DNA from: Spirochaetota bacterium
GTDB taxonomy: Bacteria; Spirochaetota; UBA4802; UBA5550
Assembly: GCA_050298055.1 (NCBI GenBank)
Contig: JBNKTL010000041.1
Coordinates: 1 to 23,821, forward strand
Direction of reading: 5' to 3'
DNA: 23,821 nucleotides
Part shown: one piece after another, positions 17,914-23,821 of the stretch
Numbering within the stretch: the stretch's first letter is position 1
How the letters are laid out: every line of letters starts with the position of its first letter
Notes under the pieces: generated by a model
Seen by the model: the letters and a program-made list of their open reading frames with translations, nothing else
The model's database searches: none
What the model was told of the DNA's origin: nothing
Position numbers and translations under genes: made by a program

Positions 17914-19344
17914 TCATCCCAGTTTCTTCCTGAGGATTTCGTTGACCATCTGCGGATTTGCCTTGCCGCCCGACTCCTTCATGACCTGCCCCACCAGGAA
18001 CCCTATGGCTTTCGTGTTCCCGTTTTTATAATCTGTAACCGATTTCTCATTATTTTCAAGTACTTTATCGATTATCCCTTCAATTTCTTTGGTATCGGTC
18101 ACCTGTTTCATTCCTTTCTCTTCGACAATTTTGCCCGGAGAGGCCCCGGTCCGTATCATCTCGTCAAAGACCTTTTTGGCGATTTTCCCGCTTATGGTAT
18201 CATCATCAACCAGGAGCAGAAGTTCCGCAAGCATTTCGGGCTTTACGGGAAACTCAACGATCTTTTCGGGATTATCGATCTTCCCCAGGAGTTCGCTCAT
18301 GATCCAGTTGGATGCTTTTTTGGGGTCGGCCCCTTTTTCCACAACCGTTTCATAGTAATCGGCCAGCTGCTTTACCGATGTGAGGACCCCCGCGTCGTAT
18401 TCGGGAATTTTAAAGTCCTTTTTAAATCTCTCCAATTTTTCGTCGGGGAGTTCCGGGAGCATCTTCCTTATACTTTCCACGTACTCCTCCTCCAGTGTTA
18501 TGGGAGCGAGGTCCGGGTCCGGGAAATACCTGTAGTCGTGGGCGTCCTCCTTTGTTCTCATGCTGTAGGTCTCACCCCTGTCTGCGTCCCAGAGGCGTGT
18601 CTCCTGGTAGATCTTCTCCCCTGAGTTCAGTGTACGGACCTGCCTCTCTATCTCGTAGTTGATTGATGCCTTCACCGCCTTGAACGAGTTCAGGTTCTTT
18701 ATCTCGACTTTCTCACCGAACTTTTCGGTCCCCTTCTTTCTTACGGATATATTCACGTCGCACCTGAGACTTCCCTCTTCCATGTTACAGTCAGAGGCGT
18801 CGATATATTTCATGAGGGACTTTATCTTCAGGAGATACTGGTATGCTTCTTCCCCCGTGCGGATGTCCGGTTCCGAGACTATTTCCGCGAGGGGGACCCC
18901 CGTTCTGTTGAGATCCACAAAGGAAACATTCTGTCCCGGGTCTTCGGAATGTATGGACTTACCCGCGTCCTCCTCCAGGTGGAGCCTGGTTATCCCTATC
19001 TTTCTGCTCTGCCCGTCAGCCTCGATCTCAACGTTTCCTCCCAGGCATATGGGTTTGTCATACTGGGATATCTGGTATGCCTTGGGAAGGTCGGGATAGA
19101 AGTAGTTCTTTCTGTCAAATTTGCTGTACCGGGCAATCTCCGAGTTCAGGGCCATTCCCGCGAGGATCCCTTTTTTCAGGGCCTCTTCGTTCAGGACCGG
19201 CAGTACGCCGGGAAGTCCCAGGCAGACCGGGCATGTCTGGCTGTTGGGAGGGGCCCCGAACCTGGTTGAACAGGAACAGAATATCTTGGTCTCCGTTGAG
19301 AGCTGTACATGTACTTCAAGGCCTATAACCGGTTCGTAGTCCAT
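17914..19344 (-). CDS. gatB: Asp/Glu-tRNA amidotransferase subunit B
   Basis: IGLEVHVQL, RKNYFYPDLPKAYQISQ, HLEEDAGK, EGSLRCDVNIS, DYRYFPDPDL. Confidence 0.98.
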   Translation of the reverse strand: MDYEPVIGLEVHVQLSTETKIFCSCSTRFGAPPNSQTCPVCLGLPGVLPVLNEEALKKGILAGMALNSEIARYSKFDRKNYFYPDLPKAYQISQYDKPICLGGNVEIEADGQSRKIGITRLHLEEDAGKSIHSEDPGQNVSFVDLNRTGVPLAEIVSEPDIRTGEEAYQYLLKIKSLMKYIDASDCNMEEGSLRCDVNISVRKKGTEKFGEKVEIKNLNSFKAVKASINYEIERQVRTLNSGEKIYQETRLWDADRGETYSMRTKEDAHDYRYFPDPDLAPITLEEEYVESIRKMLPELPDEKLERFKKDFKIPEYDAGVLTSVKQLADYYETVVEKGADPKKASNWIMSELLGKIDNPEKIVEFPVKPEMLAELLLLVDDDTISGKIAKKVFDEMIRTGASPGKIVEEKGMKQVTDTKEIEGIIDKVLENNEKSVTDYKNGNTKAIGFLVGQVMKESGGKANPQMVNEILRKKLG

Positions 19345-19457
19345 AAATTCCTCATTTTCTGCTTGATTTAATATGTGGTTAAAAAGATTAATAATTTGTA
19401 ACTGCTCAGCTCTGTGTAAAAACTAACGTTTTTTATGATCAGAATAAAACTGATGTA

Positions 19458-19482
19458 TCCCCGCCGCCTTCGGCGGCGGGGA
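19458..19482. repeat. GC-rich perfect hairpin (REP-like) in a divergent intergenic region
   Basis: TCCCCGCCGCC-ttc-GGCGGCGGGGA, extendable by ATGT/ACAT. Confidence 0.6.
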
Positions 19483-19583
19483 CATATTGTTTATAGTTTA
19501 TCAAATATGTATATTTTATCCATAGAGCTGAATAGTTACAATAATTTTTTAAAGAATAAATTCGTCTCTTTTTGTCAAGAAAA

Positions 19584-20090
19584 ATGGTGAAGGAAACAAG
19601 GTTAAAGATCATAAGGAGTCTCTTTTTTCTCATTCTGCTGGTTCCGGTATTTCTGGGCGGGTACTCTTTCGGAAGGTTGACCGGGACCCGCGCGGTAAAG
19701 GAGATGGTAACCGGCGGGGAGGGACTTTTTTTCCTCCTTTTAGGGCCCGCTCACCAGTTTTTCCAGGTATACAGAATGCTCAACAGCAACAGCGAAGTCA
19801 TAAGACTGTCCGGGTACTACTCAATGCTGGACAACAATATCATTGACGAAGGGTTCCTCCGGGAGAGATACCGGGATGAGACAAGTATTCCGGTAAAAAG
19901 GACGATTATCTGGCTCATGGGATTTTCCGGCGATTTTGAAGATATGAAGAAGTTCTTCAATAAAATTTATGATGAGAGCCACCGGGAAGTCAAGAGGGAG
20001 ATACTGCGGATATTCCAAAGACGGGACCCGGCATATTTCAAAGAATTTACCCGCAGAAAGAAGGGAAGCGGGAAGTTGTTGAAATATTAA
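19584..20090 (+). CDS. Hypothetical membrane-anchored helical-repeat protein
   Basis: N-terminal TM segment; HEAT-like VKRTIIWLMG and VKREILRIF; start uncertain. Confidence 0.7.
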   Translation: MVKETRLKIIRSLFFLILLVPVFLGGYSFGRLTGTRAVKEMVTGGEGLFFLLLGPAHQFFQVYRMLNSNSEVIRLSGYYSMLDNNIIDEGFLRERYRDETSIPVKRTIIWLMGFSGDFEDMKKFFNKIYDESHREVKREILRIFQRRDPAYFKEFTRRKKGSGKLLKY

Positions 20091-20302
20091 TTATTTTCAG
20101 CCCGCTAGATATCCCGGCTCATTGAAAGAGAAAGAAAGAGTGTAAGATAAGGAGATCAACTTATCAATGGTATGTTTTTAAAGTTGTAAAATTATATTTC
20201 TAATTTGTGAAAAAGAGGTCCTCTTATAAATTATCCTTGTCAAAAAACCGGACTTTTTACAAATGAGAATGAGAAGGAAAATATCCTGAAGAGCGGGTCA
20301 TT

Positions 20303-20887
20303 TTGAAAATCGGAATATTCGGCGGAACATTTAATCCTGTACATTACGGGCACCTGATAAATGCCGAACAGGTCAGGGAAAAATTCTCACTGGACAGGGT
20401 CCTTTTTGTCCCGTCAAAACATCCCGTTCACAAGGAACTTGAAGGGAGCATATCATCGGACCACAGGGTTAAGATGCTGGAACTGGCGCTTGAAGGCAAC
20501 AGGGAGATGGGGGTATCCACAATTGAGGTTGATAAGGACACGCCCTCCTATACCATCTATACTGTTAATGAACTGGAAAAACAGTATCCGGGTGACGAAC
20601 TTTTTCTTATCATCGGGTACGATTCTTACCTTGAAATAGGTACCTGGAAGAATTACAGGGAACTTCTTCAGAAGGTGAATTGTATTGTTATGAAAAGGGA
20701 GAGTGATTCCCCTCAGGGGGAAAACAGGGAGGAATTAAGGGAGTCGATTCTCTTTGCGGATAACCCGGTCATAGAGATCAGCTCATCCGTAATAAGGAAC
20801 AGGATCAGGGGGGGGCTCTCTGTTACCTATATGCTCCCTGAGAATGTTCTGGATTACATAAACAAAAAGGGGTTTTATAAAAGTTGA
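20303..20887 (+). CDS. nadD: Nicotinate-nucleotide adenylyltransferase
   Basis: GIFGGTFNPVHYGHL, SYTIYTV, FLIIGYD, ISSSVIR; TTG start. Confidence 0.95.
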   Translation: MKIGIFGGTFNPVHYGHLINAEQVREKFSLDRVLFVPSKHPVHKELEGSISSDHRVKMLELALEGNREMGVSTIEVDKDTPSYTIYTVNELEKQYPGDELFLIIGYDSYLEIGTWKNYRELLQKVNCIVMKRESDSPQGENREELRESILFADNPVIEISSSVIRNRIRGGLSVTYMLPENVLDYINKKGFYKS

Positions 20888-21987
20888 AGAAAAAGATCTA
20901 TTTCTTGGCCGGCCTTTTTATTCTTATCCTGTCTCTTTTTACAGTCCTCTATTATCACAGGATCAGTACAAGAAATGCCGTTCATCTTCTTGTGCAGGAG
21001 AAGAAGATGATAAATATCCTTATCGCGGGAAGCAACAGGTTTAATAAAAACAGGCACAGGTTTTTCGGGATCTTAAGTATCAATCCCGTAAACAATAATA
21101 TCGGCATGACATTTATCCCTCACTCATACAGGATCCCCGTTGATGAAAAGAAGGGTGTTTATACGAGCATTGGCAAAATCGATTTCAGTGATTTTGAACT
21201 TTTGCAGAATACCTTTAAAAAAGATCTCAAGATGAACATCCCTTTTTATATTGAACTCTATTCTCCCGATGTGGCGAGGTTTATCGATCTTATTGAAGGG
21301 ATCGACCTCTATGTCCTTGACCAGGTAAAGGATATCCCCGGCCTGAAGAGAGGTATCAACTATTTTGACGGGGAGAAAACCGTCAGGTATATAAACAGCG
21401 CTTTCGAAAACTCCCTCTTTATAAAGTATGACAGGATTCAGGACATTCTTCTGACGCTCTCCTATAACAGGGAGAGTAAAAGGATGCTCAACAATACAGG
21501 TTTTATCTCCGAACTTTTTAAGAGCATCAAGACAAACCTCCTGCCCCAGGAAATTCTCAAAATCGGTGAGATTGTCTTCAAAGGAGGGGACCTCTTTACC
21601 ATCCTGCTCCCCGGGACCATTGAACAGGGTCTCTATATTCCCGATGATATCTCATTTAAAATATATGAAGAGAAGTTTGTCACTCCTGTTGTTGTGGGAA
21701 AGAACCTCGACGCGAAGCATAAGATCAAGATCCTCAATGGGACCAATATCTCCGGTCTTGCCCGAAAGATGAGGAACAGGCTCATCAGGGAGGGACTGAA
21801 TGTTGTTGAATTTGGGACCTCTCCCTATGGCAGGATGAAAAAATCGGTTATCATCTTTAAGAGGGGGTGGTTTGCGGGGATCAATAAGATTATCAAACAT
21901 ACGAAAATAACCCGGGTCTATCCCGTGAGTGACAATACACAGCTTCACAATGTGCTGATCATTATCGGCGAGGATCTATCTCTATGA
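20884..21987 (+). CDS. LCP-like protein with LytR C-terminal domain
   Basis: N-terminal TM, degenerate LCP core, C-terminal IKILNGTNISGLARKMRNRL...IIIGED; 4-nt overlaps with neighbours. Confidence 0.82.
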   Translation: MKKKIYFLAGLFILILSLFTVLYYHRISTRNAVHLLVQEKKMINILIAGSNRFNKNRHRFFGILSINPVNNNIGMTFIPHSYRIPVDEKKGVYTSIGKIDFSDFELLQNTFKKDLKMNIPFYIELYSPDVARFIDLIEGIDLYVLDQVKDIPGLKRGINYFDGEKTVRYINSAFENSLFIKYDRIQDILLTLSYNRESKRMLNNTGFISELFKSIKTNLLPQEILKIGEIVFKGGDLFTILLPGTIEQGLYIPDDISFKIYEEKFVTPVVVGKNLDAKHKIKILNGTNISGLARKMRNRLIREGLNVVEFGTSPYGRMKKSVIIFKRGWFAGINKIIKHTKITRVYPVSDNTQLHNVLIIIGEDLSL

Positions 21988-22352
21988 AGAAGAGAGTAAA
22001 GTTAACACCCGGGGAAATCAAAAAGATCGCGGTCACCTGCGCCCGGAAACTTGACGAAAAGAAAGCGGAAGATACACGGCTTCTTGAAGTCATTGAAATA
22101 AATCCCTATTTTGATTTTTTCATCATTACATCCGGCAATTCACAGGTCCACTGCAGGTCCCTTGCCCGGGATATTGAGAAGTTCCTGGGGACAACTCCCC
22201 TCCGGGGCAGAAGCAAACCCGATATTAACTCCGGCTGGATTATCCTCGACTATGACGATCTCGTGGTCCACATATTCACCCACGAGCTCCGGGACTACTA
22301 CCAGCTGGAAAAGTTATGGGCCGACGGGGAGCATATTGAGTTCCAGGAGTGA
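21984..22352 (+). CDS. rsfS: Ribosome silencing factor RsfS
   Basis: EKKAED, DFFIITSGNS, WIILDYDDLVVHIF, RDYYQLEKLW. Confidence 0.95.
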   Translation: MKKRVKLTPGEIKKIAVTCARKLDEKKAEDTRLLEVIEINPYFDFFIITSGNSQVHCRSLARDIEKFLGTTPLRGRSKPDINSGWIILDYDDLVVHIFTHELRDYYQLEKLWADGEHIEFQE

Positions 22353-22832
22353 GGTTTTTTCACTTCAACTTATTTTTTTGAACCGCAAAAGCACAAAGGG
22401 CGCAAAGTTTTTCTTCAATTCATATTCAGAAATAGAGTCTTGTTGTCTCCTAAGGTTGCCGTTGTAAAAGAGTGTAAGAAGGGGGATAAAGGGATGAAGA
22501 GGGGATAGGGGGATGTGTTCACTTTTTTTTCTTTCTTCTTCAAAGTGTTTCCATGATAGGGATTAATTGCTTCTTTTTCAGGTTATTATGAAAAATTATA
22601 TATAATTTATTATCTTGACACTTTGTTTTATAGCCTGTAGTGTAGTAATGGGATTTATATGACGGAGAAAAATTGTTAATTTTTTATTACACAGGTTGAT
22701 TTTTGCCATATTGCTGAGTAATAATGAAGTTTGTTCCTCAAGAGAAATATAAGATATCAAATTGATTTTTTGCGGTGTAAAAAAAAGCTTATGACAGTAT
22801 CAAGTTGACGAGCCTGTCTGAAAGAAAACAAG

Positions 22833-23033
22833 ATGATTAAAAAAGTTGTAAATATTAAAAACTTAGATGATAATAATGATTCCTCAGATGATTTGAAATA
22901 CTGGTTAAGTAAATCCCCCGGTGAAAGAATTGCGGCTGTTGAATATTTAAGGAGACAATTTCATGGAGGTTCAGCAAGACTTCAGAGAGTTGCTCGAGTC
23001 TATGATGTATTGTACCTCATGTGCGTTGAATAG
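22833..23033 (+). CDS. Small partner protein of the nucleotidyltransferase (putative TA component); C-terminus altered by an inversion
   Basis: DLKYWLSKSPGERIAAVEYLR...RLQRV pattern; overlaps the downstream gene start. Confidence 0.7.
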   Translation: MIKKVVNIKNLDDNNDSSDDLKYWLSKSPGERIAAVEYLRRQFHGGSARLQRVARVYDVLYLMCVE

Positions 23034-23416
23034 GGATAGGCGGATACGCGTTGGCGTTTCACGGCGCGCCAAGATATACCGGCGACATCGATTTATTTGT
23101 GAAACCGGATTCACAAAATGCAAAACAGATATTGATAGCTCTTGAGAAATTAGGATTCGGTTCTGCTGGCATTAAACAGGAAGATCTGGAAAATCCCAAC
23201 AAAATCATTCAACTTGGACAACCACCGGTACGCATTGATATCATAACCTCAATCTCCGGACTTACCTGGGATGAAGCAAACAATAAAAAAGTAAAGGGAG
23301 AATATGGTGATATCCCTGTTTATTATATAGGTAAAGAGCAGTATATTTTAAATATAAAAGCTTCCGGCAGGACAAAGGATCTTGCTGACATTGAGGCTCT
23401 TGGTGAAGAACAATAA
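22963..23416 (+). pseudogene. Nucleotidyltransferase (DUF6036-like) gene disrupted by a 33-bp inversion and 4-nt insertion
   Basis: MEVQQDFRELLE in one frame and GGYALAFHGAPRYTGDID...KASGRTKDLADIEAL in another; the missing LFNAHEVQYIIV is encoded on the opposite strand at 23000-23032. Confidence 0.88.
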
Positions 23417-23646
23417 ATAACGTGAAATTCATACCTGTATTACTTTTGATAATTTGTCCGCGTCCTCTAACATAGGGATGTGATGTGGTGTTAGCGCATA
23501 ATCAAAAATAAAGTGCGCCCAGTTTTTCAGATTATAAAGAGATAACATTTTTACCGGCCTGTTTCGGATAAAGGGGAGTTGGACACCATTGTCTTGTACC
23601 ATTTCATTATAAAATATTGAATTATAAAATTACTGATGTAAGTTCT

Positions 23647-23753
23647 ACATAACAAACGCATGCAACTGACAATTTTTTTGGCGTAGTTTTTGAAGACTCA
23701 AAAACTACGCCAACCCTTCGGGACAAAATTGCAGTTGATGCTGGACGTTATGT
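23647..23753 (+). mobile_element. Integron attC recombination site
   Basis: R'' ACATAAC / R' GTTATGT complementary; GCAT[G]CAACTG[A]CAATTTT pairs with AAAATTGCAGTTGATGC leaving two unpaired bases; inner 16-bp stem TTGGCGTAGTTTTTGA/TCAAAAACTACGCCAA. Confidence 0.88.
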
Positions 23754-23771
23754 GCTAGAAAAGGGATAAAA

Positions 23772-23821
23772 ATGGGCTGGACATTACAAGGATATAATGG
23801 TCAAGGATTTAACCCATCGTT
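23772..23821 (+). CDS. Start of a probable gene-cassette ORF (truncated by window edge)
   Basis: AAGGGA SD then ATG 18 nt after the attC R' site; open to the window end. Confidence 0.55.
   Translation, partial: MGWTLQGYNGQGFNPS

Noticed and set aside
295..22467. Numerous antisense or alternate-frame ORFs (e.g. 500-1027, 5699-6355, 7288-7845, 12721-13476)
   Set aside because: Shadows of well-supported genes, with no recognisable motifs
23000..23033. Invertase-driven phase-variation switch
   Set aside because: Only a 4-bp inverted repeat, no recombinase nearby, and re-inversion alone leaves a frameshift
23051..23416. 121-aa ORF as an intact gene
   Set aside because: Begins inside the GGYALAFHG motif; it is the 3' part of the disrupted gene starting at 22963
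23465..23497. Mini attC/attI (CTAACA...TGTTAG)
   Set aside because: Only about 28 bp with no L boxes; cannot be supported, though a collapsed site is possible
1..23821. CRISPR array, tRNA, rRNA or intact transposase
   Set aside because: No regularly spaced repeats, cloverleaf, rRNA signature or transposase motif seen

Overview
Bacterial chromosomal window from a flagellated organism, probably spirochaete-like (inferred from the nadD-LCP/LytR_C-rsfS order, fliS with an flgN-like gene, and stand-alone gatB). Core genes are an OpuA/ProU-type glycine betaine ABC operon, an ABC-F ATPase, an MBL-fold hydrolase, a CDF transporter, an EFR1-type ferredoxin, prfB, fliS, purC, gatB, nadD and rsfS. AT-rich accessory ORFs and gene debris lie between them. 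Four unexplained structures stand out. (1) A decayed, diverged 'ghost' copy of the ABC-F/MBL/membrane-protein block at 3357-4596, whose main deletion junction has captured a 33-bp internal piece in inverted orientation. (2) An independent 33-bp in-place inversion plus a 4-nt insertion (23000-23036) that breaks a small-protein/nucleotidyltransferase pair; undoing it restores family-like sequence in both overlapping frames. (3) An integron attC site (23647-23753) with no integrase upstream in the window. (4) A structured leader of the osmoprotectant operon that may be a riboswitch. No database searches were run; family names come from motif recognition.
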